From contig NC_042998.1 of NCBI RefSeq assembly GCF_006345805.1, positions 69,006,001 to 69,070,000 on the forward strand: a stretch of 64,000 bases of DNA. The letters are read 5' to 3'. The notes beneath the pieces were generated by a model, which was not told the origin of the DNA, searched no databases, and was given only the letters and a program-made list of their open reading frames with translations. This document shows, piece by piece, positions 35,401 through 46,900 of this stretch (positions within the stretch are counted from its first letter, which is position 1; every line of letters starts with the position of its first letter). Both the position numbers and the translations under genes were made by a program. Source of the DNA: Octopus sinensis. Lineage: Eukaryota.

Positions 35401-38400
35401 TACTTCTATTTGTCCCACCCACTACTTGACAACTGGTGTTGGCATGTTTAAGTCCCTGTAACTGTAACTTAGCGATTCAACAAAAGAGACCAATAGAATA
35501 AGTACAAGGCTTAAAAAAAACTAAGTGCTGGGGTCAAATCATTCGTCCAAAAATTCTTCGAGGCAGTGCCCTAGCATAGCCACATTCCAATGACTGAAAC
35601 AAGTAAAAGACAAAAGATAGTAATGTAGAATCCAATTTGCTGTTACCTGGCAACTATGAAGTCGTGCCGCCCATGAGGGACAATTGGGCGGCAGAGAATG
35701 AATGGATTGAGGTGATGGTTGCGGAAGAGGGGAAACTAACATCATCCCAGAATCAGATTCACTGATTGTTGCTGAAACTTCATTGGAATCGGAATTCTCA
35801 ATACTTTCAAGTTGATCGACATCTGTAAATAATTAAAAATAATTGGAGGTCATCATCATCATCATCATCATCATCATCTTGTTTTCCATGCTGGCATGGG
35901 TTGAATGGTTTGACAAGAGCTCACATGGCCAGGAGCAGCAGTAGATTCAATTGTCTGCTCTGACATGCCTTCTACAACTGGACGCCTGCCACTTTATAGA
36001 GTGTACTGGGCGCTTTTTACATGGTACCAGCACCAGTTCTTTTTACATGAAACCAGTGCCAGTGCTTTTTATGTGGCATCAGTGCCAATGTGTTTCATGT
36101 GGCACCATCACCAGTGCCTTTTACATAGCACCAGCACCGACAGGGACATCATAATTAAAAAAACATTGGAGTCAGAATTATCGATATTTCTAAGTTGATC
36201 TGACACCTCATCATTACATTACTATTTTCCTTCAAGTTACACTCACCTACCCTCATATAATGCAGGGTAATCATATATCTCCACTACAACAAGGCTGTCC
36301 TTCCGTCATATTTTAGCCTCTCAAAACTTGACATAAAGCAACCCCTCACTCTACCATGACCTTGCTGGGTCAAGGGGTTTGTTTCTTTACAATTTCACTA
36401 GTGTTGAGGTCAAGAAAAAAGAAAAGCATTCAATGATAGAAAACCATGGTCAAAACAAAGGAGTTTGATGCAGTCCTCCAGCTTACTGGATTCTTAACCA
36501 TTCCATCCATGCCAGTATAAAAGATAGATTGTTAAATGATGATGACATTATGCAATTAGGGTTTCTTCAAAGCATTTTAACCTGAGGCCACCCTGGGTTC
36601 TATGTTACAAACTTCTTGCATGAAAGTAGTCTAAATTTAAAAAGGTAAGATTGATACACCGTTAAAGAAAAACAGAAAGATTAGAATGTAAAAATGCATT
36701 TTTTTTTAATGTAAGATTTGGTAAAATACCCTGAAAGCAACTATATCAAAAAATGCAACAGGACTTTCTTTCCAATATTTTGTTAAGATTATTTCTGCAA
36801 TTACAGAGATGTACTTGCATAGCAAGTGACCCGATCTGAGATTGTGTGCTGGAACAAAAACAATTGCAGCGTGGAAGGTGTTTATAAACCATTTAAGAAA
36901 CACACAAAAACTGTTAGATTCATTTCAATATTTAAATCTAATCAACTGGACAAAATGCTGTGCTGCATCTCAGATGAATCTATCGGTTATTATGTGTTTC
37001 TTAAATGACTTATAAACACCTTCCACACTGCAATTTCTACAATTATTCTATAGAAATTACAGCCAGCTCTGATTTTTGCTACGTTTCGCATCAAGATATC
37101 AGATGTAAACAAAGAATGAGATCTAAGACAAAAATGGGAGTAATGAGTGTATATGCCATATTTCAGGAGATTTTGTCTTCGATATGAAGCTTAGCAAAAA
37201 TCTGAGCTGGCTATAATTTCTATAGAATCTCTATAGAAATAACATTAACAAAATAATGTAAAATGCACTGCTAACACAGTAGAACATGGTGTTGACTTAT
37301 GAAAACATTTAATATAGGCGTAGGAGTGGCTGCGTAGCAAGTAGCTTGCTTATCAACCACATGGTCCCACTGCATGGCACCTGCACAGGAGCCAGTCCAG
37401 CAGCACTGGCAACAACCTCACTTAAACGTTTTTTCATGTGACACCAGCATAAGTGCCAGTAAGACGATGCAGGTAACGATCATGCGAAACAATAGACAAT
37501 GCTTCAAGCGAACTACAATACTTTCCTATACTTTATAGTATATTGTGTTTGCATAACAGAATGTCACATACCTACCAATCATTAATATTTCTTTCCAATC
37601 TATTATATATCGATTATATCAGAAAGAAATCACTTCGCAAATAAACATACCTGGAAGTTCTGCTTTTACTTCAAAGTTATTGGTATTTACAGCAATAATT
37701 GTAGCAATTTCAGGGTTTACTGAGCTGGGCACAACCTGCCAGACCTTCTCACCACCATCAGATTGGGTTGAGTTTAGGAGTTCCTGAGCAGGGGAGGTAA
37801 CTGTAATGATTTGTAGTTGACCATTTGTCACAGGAGTAGCAAGTAAACTCTGTAAAGTTGGTGCACCATTTTGATTACCTGTAAAGAAATATTTAATATA
37901 TATAAGAAACATGATAGGTTTTATTTTCACAGCCTTGGAAATATGCCAAGCAGAATATAACACTGCATAATATCAGACTTAAGTCATAAACATTATTTAA
38001 AAGCAGAAAAGTGTAAAATTTCACATAGTTCATACTCTGTATTCAGCATCTGTTTCATTAAGATAAAGACCCCCAAATGTATAATTTCATAATTGTTATA
38101 CATGGTTAGTCTACATCACTCCATAAGAATCATAGGGCTGGTTTCCCGGTCCTTCTGGTATATATATTCCTCCCTGAATGAGGCACCAGCCCTTCGTAGG
38201 GTTATTAATTTTTACCAGCTGAGTGGGTGGAGGCAGATGGCCTAGTGGTTAAAGCAGCGGACTCACAGTCGAGGAATCACAGGTTCAAATCTCAGACCAG
38301 GTGATGTGTATGTTTATGAGCAAAACACCTATGAGCTTAGGTAATGGCAAACCTCTGCTGACTCTTCCGCCACAACTTTCTTTCACTCTTTCCTCCTGCA

Positions 38401-38998
38401 TCTAGCAGCTCACCTGCGATGGACCGGCATCCTGTCCGCGTGGGGAACCTATACATCAACGAAACCAGGAAAACAGCCCTTATGAGCTAGGCATGGCACA
38501 AGAAGGAAGAAACAACAACAACACCAGCTGAGTGGACTGAAGCAACATAAAATGAAGTGTTTTGCTCAAGAATACAACACATCACCCAGTCCAGGAATTG
38601 AAACCACAATTTTACAATCTTGAGTCCTGACCAATAAGCCTTCACAATTATTAGTTACAATTAAATTAAATTAAATCAAATACATGGAAGTCAGTCCCAT
38701 TAGAGGGTGGTGGTGACTATTGGAATGTAGAATCAAAGTAAAGTGTTGGATAAAATGAAATCTGAACAAGTATGAAAAATAATCCTTTACCTCCACTATG
38801 AGCAATCGATGTTTCTGCATCTTGGCAGACAGCTTGTCCATTCTTTGGCAAGAGTGCTGCTATCGTCTCTGGTGAAGTGTGGATTATTTCTATGGGAGTA
38901 CCGGAAGTGACCAGTTCTCCTTGGCCAATGTCTTGAACAGTGGCTGTTGTCAAGAGAGACTCAGGAACAGATGACAAGATCTGCACCCCATCTGACAT
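11438..38998 (-). CDS. CARF: Calcium-responsive transcription factor (CaRF/ALS2CR8) orthologue, whole spliced CDS span (12 coding exons, about 747 aa)
   Basis: Spliced peptide contains [75 protein letters not shown] and [23 protein letters not shown]. These match motifs I recall from vertebrate CARF (confirm by BLAST). All introns are GT-AG, phases are compatible, and exon lengths sum to 2244 nt. Confidence 0.93.
11641..13230 (-). mobile_element. 5'-truncated CR1-clade LINE (RT domain to 3' (ATT)n tail), frameshifted
   Basis: ORFs with [49 protein letters not shown] (out of frame near 12623-12634), [15 protein letters not shown] and [10 protein letters not shown]. Confidence 0.93.
13412..13611. 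repeat. Fold-back element, about 90-bp arms, 22-nt loop (MITE-like)
   Basis: 13412-13500 is the imperfect reverse complement of 13523-13611. Confidence 0.88.
16040..16472 (-). CDS. CARF: CARF coding exon 11 ([13 protein letters not shown]...QLITVAVNG), Q/T/V-rich
   Basis: 433 nt within ORF 15972..16496; cttccag acceptor, AC|GTAAGA donor. If unspliced, it reads on to a stop at 15972. Confidence 0.85.
18884..19023 (-). CDS. CARF: CARF coding exon 10 ([17 protein letters not shown]...[23 protein letters not shown])
   Basis: 140 nt, phase 1 to 0; exactly supplies the phase needed to join exon 9 to exon 11. Confidence 0.9.
19489..20108 (-). mobile_element. 5'-truncated CR1 LINE of the same family
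   Basis: [15 protein letters not shown]...NTRGHAYK...[10 protein letters not shown]; (ATT)n tail; similar to the copy at 11641-13230. Confidence 0.92.
20584..20773 (-). CDS. CARF: CARF coding exon 9 ([10 protein letters not shown]...[14 protein letters not shown])
   Basis: 190 nt, phase 0 to 1, tactttcag acceptor, AG|GTAAT donor. Confidence 0.9.
22088..22244 (-). CDS. CARF: CARF coding exon 8 ([10 protein letters not shown]...[15 protein letters not shown]...TSPA)
   Basis: 157 nt, phase 2 to 0, GCT|GTAAGC donor; lies in ORF-track frame 21848..22225. Confidence 0.96.
22684..23644. repeat. Tandem repeat, 343/346-bp unit, about 2.8 near-identical copies
   Basis: Unit starts at 22684, 23027 and 23373; the visible difference is one ATT in an AT-rich tract. 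Confidence 0.97.
23725..24511. repeat. Tandem repeat, 156/157-bp C-rich unit, 5 copies
   Basis: CATTATAG anchors at 23731, 23888, 24044, 24201 and 24358. Confidence 0.97.
25400..25880 (+). mobile_element. Decayed RTE/RTEX-like LINE 3' fragment
   Basis: Degenerate STWKESP..EL, HCWSSK...KLLWP...GWP pattern resembling the HCWRSK..LLLW.P..G.R..GRP C-terminus. Confidence 0.5.
26830..27349. mobile_element. hAT MITE, 520 bp
   Basis: TIR CAGGGCTGGGGAAAC / GTTTCCCCAACCCTG; 8-bp TSD GTCTATAG / GTCTACAA (6/8 match). Confidence 0.82.
27360..27585 (+). mobile_element. Tc1 transposase N-terminal (paired/HTH) fragment
   Basis: [30 protein letters not shown]...[29 protein letters not shown]. Confidence 0.85.
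27841..28053 (-). CDS. CARF: CARF coding exon 7 ([14 protein letters not shown]...[14 protein letters not shown]...KQLR)
   Basis: 213 nt, phase 2 to 2, CG|GTGAGT donor. Confidence 0.96.
28128..28206. mobile_element. 79-bp internally deleted Tc1-type element
   Basis: About 30-bp TIRs CAGGGGTTGGACAAAATAATGGAAACACCT at both ends, TA on both sides. Confidence 0.85.
29054..29191 (-). CDS. CARF: CARF coding exon 6 ([12 protein letters not shown]...LENIGQER)
   Basis: 138 nt, phase 2 to 2, ttttacag acceptor, AG|GTGCG donor. Confidence 0.95.
30823..30940 (-). CDS. CARF: CARF coding exon 5 ([16 protein letters not shown]...QTCPAR)
   Basis: 118 nt, phase 1 to 2; translated by hand (below the ORF-track cutoff). 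Confidence 0.96.
32075..32472 (-). mobile_element. tRNA-derived SINE family A, full copy (others at 1554-1872 +, 25990-26340 +, 41895-42260 -, 54128-54906 + interrupted)
   Basis: Head GGCGYAGGAGTGGCTGTGTGGTAAG...GGTTCAGTCCC (A/B-box-like), central (TA/TG)n, 3' half ending GAAACAAGTAAAAGAGTA. Confidence 0.85.
32950..33190 (-). mobile_element. tRNA-derived SINE family C (also 39690-40035 - and 38130-38640)
   Basis: Head GGCGCATGGCTTAGTGGTTAGGG...GAGTTCGATTCC, then TGTGTCCTYGAGCAAGACACTT core. Confidence 0.8.
33310..33715 (-). mobile_element. HERO-like restriction-endonuclease (RLE) non-LTR retrotransposon, 3' fragment
   Basis: With frameshifts: [13 protein letters not shown]...G.......[22 protein letters not shown], followed by a UTR containing GGATACCATCTGATGAC. 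Resembles HERO-clade C-termini as I recall them. Confidence 0.6.
33818..34007 (-). CDS. CARF: CARF coding exon 4 (MIGNSFRGY...[18 protein letters not shown])
   Basis: 190 nt, phase 0 to 1, CAG|GTAAG donor; most conserved CARF segment. Confidence 0.96.
35647..35822 (-). CDS. CARF: CARF coding exon 3 ([10 protein letters not shown]...[15 protein letters not shown])
   Basis: tttacag acceptor, CAG|GTAAC donor, 176 nt, phase 1 to 0; PSWAxRLxSC motif as recalled for CARF. Confidence 0.92.
37045..37228. repeat. MITE-like element with about 48-bp terminal inverted repeats
   Basis: ATTCTATAGAAATTACAGCCAGCTCTGATTTTTGCTA mirrored at the right end. Confidence 0.8.
37651..37878 (-). CDS. CARF: CARF coding exon 2 ([15 protein letters not shown]...EVKAELP)
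   Basis: tttacag acceptor, G|GTATG donor, 228 nt, phase 1 to 1, open frame. Confidence 0.85.
38227..38522 (+). mobile_element. tRNA-derived SINE with (AAC)n tail nested in a family-C SINE
   Basis: 13-bp TSD ACCAGCTGAGTGG at 38214-38226 and 38523-38535; TGGCCTAGTGG and GGTTCAAATC boxes. Confidence 0.85.
38791..38998 (-). CDS. CARF: CARF coding exon 1 ([16 protein letters not shown]...AHSGG); acceptor at 39009-39010, 10 nt of 5'UTR
   Basis: AG acceptor, then GTGACTAATC ATG with an in-frame TGA just upstream of the ATG; phase-1 donor G|GTAAAG. Confidence 0.85.
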
Positions 38999-41900
38999 GA
39001 TTAGTCACCTGTGAAAAAAAATAAACAAGAAGATAACTTCAAACATTCAATATCATTAACCTAGGACAGAAGCAAGCATATGATGGGAGAAAGAGGCTGA
39101 ATGGAGAGACAGTGTATTAGAGGAGGAAGAAATGAGACAGTTTGCATCATCATCATTTATCATTCATTTTCCATACAGTCATGGATTAGCTGCCTCCACA
39201 GGAACTGGTAGGTCAGGAGGCTGCACCATTCCCTGCTATCTGCTTTGACTTGGTTTCTACAGCTGGATGCCCTTCATAATGCCAACCACTTTACAGTGTG
39301 CTGGGCTGTTTTTTTTATGTGACTCCAGCAACAATGAGGTCACCAAGTAAAGTGCAAGACAAGACCTCTTCAACTGAGGGACAGAAAAAAAAAGGAGTCT
39401 TACATTAGAGGGGAAACATAGCTGCCTCAGCTGAGGAGAGAGTGAAGAAAGAGGGGAGAATGAGAAAGAGAAGATGGTGGTAGCAGCGTGTGGGCTGGGG
39501 ATTGGAAAGGCTGAGTGGGGGAATTCATGAGTGTAAAAGGAAAGTGGTGGGTGGAGATGGTATTAGGAGGATATGTGGTAGGGGAAAATGCAGCAGGTGG
39601 TGAGCTTGGGGGGAGATGGGTTGTGGGAGAGGTTTGTCAGGGCACAGATTGTGTGCAGGTGGAAGAGGCATGGACATAAAGGACACACATGTATGGCCTT
39701 GATTTTTACCTAACTGGGTGGGTCTTATTATGCTCAACTCTAAAGGAGCACTGTCTGTTACGACGACAAGGGTCCCAGCTGATACGATCAACGGAAAAGC
39801 CTGCTCATGAAATTAACATGCAAGTGACTGTGCAATCCACAGACACACATACCCCTAACGTAATTCTCAGGGAGATTCAGCATGACACAGAGTGTGACAA
39901 GGCTGGCTCTTTGAAATGCAGGTACAACTCATTTTTGCCAGCTGAGTGGACTGGAGGAACATGAAATAAAGTGTCTTGCTCAAGGACACAACGTGTCACC
40001 AGGAATCGAACTCACGACCTTACAATCGTGAGCTCAACTCTAGCTGTAATAGAAAAGACACAGTAATGCCAGGGTGTAGTGGGAAAGACAATAATAGCAG
40101 AAAAGGTGGCGAGCTGGCAGAAACGTTAGCACACCAGGTGAGATGCTTAGCAGTATTTCATCTGTCTTTACGTTCTGAGTTCAAATTCCACATCAACTTT
40201 GTCTTTCATCCTTTCGGGGGTCAATAAATTAAGTACCATACTGGAGTCAATCTTATCAACTGGACCACTTCCCCAAAAATTTTGGGCTTTGTGCTAAGAA
40301 AACAATAATAGCAGAAAGTAGAGACTAATAGCAACAACAAATTTGCTAGTGAAAAAGAGATTGTAAATTGTAGAACTGGTAAAAGGTGAGAGCATGATGG
40401 ATGTGAATAACAAGTGACCTGGGGAAGAAGTGATGGCTAGCATTAGAGGAGGTAAATACAATCCTTTGATACTCAGGCATCTTGAGTGGGGAGAGAGAGA
40501 GAGTGATAGATGGATGGTGGTAGGGAGTGTTTAGTATACAAAAATGGCATGTGTAGTGAACAGGACAAAGGGCAAGTGACAGAGAGATGGGAGGTTAACA
40601 AGTAGGTGGGAAGGGCAGCTGATGGAGACTTGGCAGATATAAATGGCTGAAAGCCCAGACATAAATAAGTATTATACACACCAGTCTCCATTTTTACCCT
40701 CACTTTAACCCTTTGTTTCAATCAATTTTGAAAAAACCAAGCCAAAGCAGACATCTGGAGCCTGGTGCAACTCTCTGGCTTACCAGCTCCAGTCATTCTA
40801 TCTATTCATGTCACCTTGGAAAACAGACATTAAATGATGAAGATGATGATGATTAAGTTAATGTTTGAAACATATATTAACCAGTGCCACCTGACCAGTT
40901 CCTGTGCCAATGTAAAAAGCACCATTCAAGCTTGATCGATGCCAGTGCCGCCTGACTGGCCTGTGCTGGTGACATGTAAAAACCACCCACCACACTCTCA
41001 GAGTGGTTGGCATTAGGAAGGGCATCCAGCTGTAGAAATCTTGCCAGATCAGATTGGAGCCTGGTGCAGCCTCCCAGCTTACCAGTCGTCAGCCAAACTG
41101 TCCAACCCATGCCAGCATGGAAAGCAGATGTTAAATGATGATGATGTAAAATTTGGAAAGAAAATATTAATTTAAGTCACTTTATCACTTCTTGTGCTTA
41201 CAGACATGTCCTTTACATCCCTCTCTCACACAAGTGCTCCTAATCTTACAGGCTTACACGTGCTGGTGCCACATAAAAACATCTATGTTGGTTCCACGTA
41301 AAAGTGCCCATACTAGTGTTACATAAAAGCGTTTATGCCGATGCCACAGTAAATGGCACCCAGTCCACACCCTGTAAAGTGGTTGGCGTTAGGAAGGGCA
41401 TCGAGCCATAGAGACCATGCCAAAACAGACAAACGGAGCCCAGGCAGCTCTTGTCAGACTGTCCAACCCATGCTAGAATGGAAAACAAACATTAAATGAT
41501 GATGATGATGATTTTGCTTGTTTTTAATTACTTAATTTCTTCCTTTGAGGAAGGAACTAGTTTCTAACAAAAATACAAAGTTCTATTGTTGGATTTCAAT
41601 TAATTTTGAAAATAACGAAAAATTTGGTAACAAAACTTAGTCATTATGTTGCTGTTTGGAACAAATATGAAATTTTTATAAAATGTTTTACTTTAGATCA
41701 CTTTTAAACAGAAATTTTGTATCATAGAATCAGGGCTGGTGTTTGACTGGTTGGTATTAAATGGGTTTTGCCATTTTTGTACAAGTAGATGGCTCCTCAC
41801 CAGCATTATGTTTTGTCAATTGTCATCTTCTTCATGAGATACCATCTTTAACCCTTTAATATTCAGATTATTCTCTCAAATCTAATGCTTATTTATTCTT

Positions 41901-43044
41901 TTATTTGTTTCAGTCATTTGACTGCGGCCATGCTGGAGGACCACCTTTAATCGAGCAAATTGTCCCCAGGACTATTAGTACTTATTCTATCAGTCTCTTT
42001 TGGCAAACTGCTAAGTTACTGGGACATAAACACACTGACATTGGTTGTCAAGCGATGTTGGTGGGAACAAACAGACACACAAATACATATATATATAAGA
42101 CTATCTTCTTTCAGTTTCCATCTACCAAATCCACTCACAAGGCTTTGGTCGACCCGAGGCTATAGAAGAAGATACTTGCCCAAGGTGTCACGCAGTGGGA
42201 CTGAACCCAGAACCATGTGGCTGGTAAGCAAGCTATTTCCCACACAGCCACTCCTGTGCCTTAAAATTTTTAACTACATCGTTTGTAATTTCTGGAAGAG
42301 ATTTGAAACCACCAATGTGTTGTATCACTACTTCTCAACACCCATGCCTACTGGGCTGCCGAAGCAGCCTTTATTCACATTATTTTAGATTAATTATGCA
42401 TTATATTGAAGCTAAGAGATTTTCCTGGTGTGACTGTTTATTTTTAGAATGACAAGATAGGTGTGAGAGGCCAGATCTGGTCAGTTTTAACATAAAACTG
42501 GTGGAATATTTCGGCCAAATATGGCCAGTTTGAATGCCAAAGGATAAAGTCATTCTTCATTCCAAGACTTCACCAGTTTCCTTGCCCCTTAGGTTCTGTT
42601 CACTTCTCCTAACATAAAAACCACCTTACTAGTGCTGTGAAGCCCTAAAAAAGGGCCAACAGTACATGCTGTAAAGCAGTTGGCATCTTAGGGTCCTTCC
42701 AGACAGAGAAGCCATGTCAAAGTTAACACAGGAGCATCATACTATTCTTGCACCCATCAGATCAAATTGTCCAGCCCATGCTAGCATAGAACATGGACGT
42801 TTATATATATATATATCTATATATATAAATACATATATAGATATATATATATACATACATATATAAATATGTTTTCTTTTATTCTTTTGTTTTAGTCATT
42901 TAACTGTGGCCATGCTGGAATAAATACTGGGCTCTGTAAGCCTAGTATTTATTATATCGGTCTCTTTTGCCAAACCGCTAAGTTACAGGGATGTAAACAC
43001 ACCCACATTGGTTGTCAAGTGATGGGGGGGGGGCTAAACTCAGT

Positions 43045-44194
43045 AGTTGATAGCTTCTGTTACCTAGGTGACCAAGTCAGTAGCGGGGAGGGTGTGCTGA
43101 AAGTGTAGCTGCTAGAATAAGAATAGCCTGGGCAAAGTTTAGAGAGCTCTTACTTCTGCTGGTGACAAAGGGCCTCTCGCTCAGAGTAAAAGGTAGACTG
43201 TATGACGCATGTGTACAAACAACCATACTACATGGCAGTGAAACATGGGCCATGACTGCTGAGGACATGCGTAAGCTCACAAGGAATGAAGCCAGTATGT
43301 TCCAATGGATGTGTAATGTCAGTGTGTATACTCAACAAAGTGTAAGTACCTTGAGAGAAGAGTTGGACCTAAGAAGCATCAGATGTGGTGTGCAAGAGAG
43401 ACGACTGCGCTGGTATGGGTATGTGGCGAGAATGGAAGAGGATAGCTGTGTGAAAAAGTCCCACAACCTAACAGTTGAGGGAACCTGTGGAAGAGGTAGA
43501 CCCAGGAAGACCTGGGATGAGGTGATGAAGCACGACCTTTGAACATTAGGCCTCACCAAGGCAATGACTAGTGACCGAGACCTTTGGAAATATGCAGTGC
43601 GTGAGAAGACCCAGCAAGCCAAGTGAGGCCATAACCCGTGGCCTATTCCAGGGGTGTAACTAGCCCACTTATGCATACCTTTCCTTCATTGGACACTAAA
43701 CTCTGCTTGCGAAGACCTGTTGAGGCAAGTGAAATCGAAATCAAATTATATTCGATGACTGGCACCCATGCCAGTGGAACACTAAAGCACCACCCAAGCT
43801 TGAGCACTGCCAGAGCAGCTGACTTGCTTCTGTGCCATTGGCACATAAACAGCACCATTCAAATGCGATCATTACCTGCGTCGCCTTATTGGTACTTGTG
43901 CTGGTGGCACGTGAAAAACATTCAAGCAATGTCGTTGCCAATGCTGCTGGGCTGGCTCCTGTGCAGGTAGAACATAAAAAATCACTTGAGCATGGCTGTT
44001 GGCAGTACCGCCTGAGTGGCTCTTGTGCCTGTGGCATGTAAAAGCACTCACTACACTCTCGGAGTGGTTGGCATTAGGAAGAGCATCCAGCTGTAGAAAC
44101 TCTGCCAGATCATATTGGAGCCATCTGGTTTGCCAGTCCTCAGTCAAATTGTCCAACCCATGCTAGCATGAAAGCGGACGTTAAACGATGATGA
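43045..44194 (+). mobile_element. 5'-truncated RTE-clade LINE (ORF2 C-terminus, 3'UTR, (GAT)n tail) inserted into a SINE
   Basis: KGRLYDACVQTTILHGSETWAM...RLRWYGYVARM...GRGRPRKTW; flanks 42880-43035 and 44195-44350 are the two halves of one SINE. Confidence 0.92.
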
Positions 44195-44505
44195 CGGGCT
44201 TCTTTTAGTTTCCGTAAACCAAATCCACTCACAAGGCTTTGGTCAACCCAAGGCTATAGAAGACAGTTTCCCAATGTGCCACGCAGTGGGACTGAACCCG
44301 GAACCATGTGGTTGGTAAGCAAGCTACTTACCACACAGCCACTCCTGCAACTAAATATGTGTATGCTTTAAATTCTTCTGAGGAAGGAGCTGTTCTCTAA
44401 CAATAATACAAAACTCCATTGTTGGAATGTCTATAACAAAAATATCACAGTTTAAACTTGAGAAAAGTCTAAAGTCTTGATATGTGTGTGTGTGTATACA
44501 CATAT

Positions 44506-44561
<56 letters not shown>

Positions 44562-46399
44562 ATTACACCAGTAATTTATATATATACCTAGTGGGTGTAT
44601 GAATATGTGTGTCATTATATCTACAGGTATATGTATGTATATATTACCAATGGTTATATCTTTACAGAATGAGTATATATATATATATACATATATATGC
44701 ATACACACACATACACAGGCTACGTAAGTAACCACACAAACACCCATGCGCATTATTTACTGACATAGAAAAAAAACACTGAGTCATACATTCAGCCCGC
44801 CGGTTAATAACACCTGTATTGGGGACAACCTCGCCACACCCAGCCCCACCACACATTATATATATTTATGTATATACATAAATCCTTTATGCTGTAATCA
44901 ATAACTGGAATTATTGATGATATTGAAAGAACATCAGGAGTATTTCAGAAGACAACCCAATACAACAGTCGATTATAATTACGTAGTGAAAACGGGGAGA
45001 GGGGGGGGCTCAATTTTAGTATAAAAACAAATTAACTGAAGGGGGCCAATAACAAAATATTAACTGTTGTGTTGTTTAACACTAGGTCAGCCTTAATTGA
45101 GCAGATCGATGGTTAAATGTATTCTAATCATTTCGTCATTGCTTTTGCTGGTTTTGTTTTACAGGCACAGTGTATCGAGGACTACAGTAATCCAATGTGG
45201 CTTTACTTTTTTTTTTTAGTACGTTAAGATGTGATTTGAGGAGCATTTAACAAGTTGGCCCTACGATTAAGTGTTCTAGCCGTGACAATCCTGTCTTATA
45301 TTCAAAAATAGTGTGCGTGTGTGTGTGAATATATTATTCAAAGTCCCGTCTTCTTATAAAACAGTACCGAGTGATTTGTGAGCGATTAGGCTGCTATTTC
45401 TACCAATTAGCGCGGCTAAGTAGAGGCTTTCTCAGTAGTTTCGTCTCTTTAAACATTATTCGCTGTATTTTGCCAGAATACGCCTCATAAAGTTTATAAA
45501 AGAGCTTATTTGAAGGGCATTAAACAACACCGTTCCTAGTAAGAATCGAACTGCTGGGTACCTGATACCTATTTTAATAACGAAAACTATTACAAAACCA
45601 GACTGAAAATGGAAGTAAATGTTAACAGAAGTCAGAAGTATAGTGTCTAGAGAAAATACTGCATTACGGTGGAATTACATTGGTGTAGAATTTATAGAAA
45701 TATAGAATGGTGTGGTATTTATAGCAAGGAATTGAGATATTTAAGTAACACAAACGGAATTTCATTTATATACATGTATTCATTATATATATATATATAA
45801 TGAATCTCAGACTAGTATATAATAATATCTATTTAGAGCCAGGACTAGGATTAAAAGCATTCCAGCCATGACCAACCAATGTTAATTTCAGACGTGTGTG
45901 ATAATGTAGTGGTGCCAGATGCGTTATGTATCCTTCCATTTTTAGTGTAAGATGTGTTAGTTGTAATATCGGTAGAGTATTTAGTTGTTATTTCTAGTCG
46001 CAGGTAAGAGAGACGAGAGAGAGAGAGAGAGAGATCGGTTCCCTGGTTAAGTCGGGGTTCCATCGATGAAGTAAAAATGGTAAATTAAAGAATGAATATC
46101 GACAGCATTAAGAAATTATTAATTGTGAACATGTCCGTATATACATGTGTTGGAGGGGGGGGTAACAAGGAGAGGTTTTGTTAGGTCTGAAGAATTCAAA
46201 AATATTTAAAACAGAAAACCATGAGGGATCAAATATTTTTGCTTTACAGTGTCTGGAGTCTGGGTACAAGAGAAAGTGAGAAAAGAGCATCAGGAATTGG
46301 TAAAGATGATGAGTTATGCGGTATAACGGTAGTGAAACAGTGAATGGCATATTGAGATATATGGGAATTATAATATCCTCAGTAATGGTAACAGATGAG

Positions 46400-46900
46400 T
46401 CCCATAATTTAAGACTTCGTCCCATAAGGAGCAACAGTGATTAGAACTCACAACCTGAATCTAACAAATAAAAACCAAGCTTTAAAGCGAAAACGAGTCA
46501 CAAACCTCGAAATCGTCGCAAAACCTCGACTTCAAGATGGCGATGAAACTGAGGCCAAAATGTGTGTGTATGTGTACGTAGCTGGCCAGGTCTGTGTGCG
46601 TAGCTGTCTGTGTCTATATGTGTGGACTTATAGTCTACGTGTGTCTTCAGCTGTCTGTGTTTTGGGGTTTGCGTTTATGTGTATGCGCATGTGCACAAGT
46701 CCGTGTGTATGTTTTTAGGTTTGCATATCGTATGTGTGTGTGCGCGCGTACATATATGCATAAACATGCGTGTGTATGTGTAAGTGTGGCTATTCTTATT
46801 ATGAGTGCGTGTGTGTATGTGCTTATATGAATGTGTGTTAGTCATGTAATCGAACTTGGCAGATGGCGCTACTTGTTCTCTCCCACAAAAAATCCTCTTT
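46400..46900. promoter_or_regulatory. Candidate CARF promoter / non-coding first exon region
   Basis: CpG-retaining and free of the abundant retroelements. CAAGATGGCG (YY1-like) at 46533-46542, AGATGGCGCT at 46861-46870, and a minus-strand donor-like GTGAGT at 46451-46446. Confidence 0.4.
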
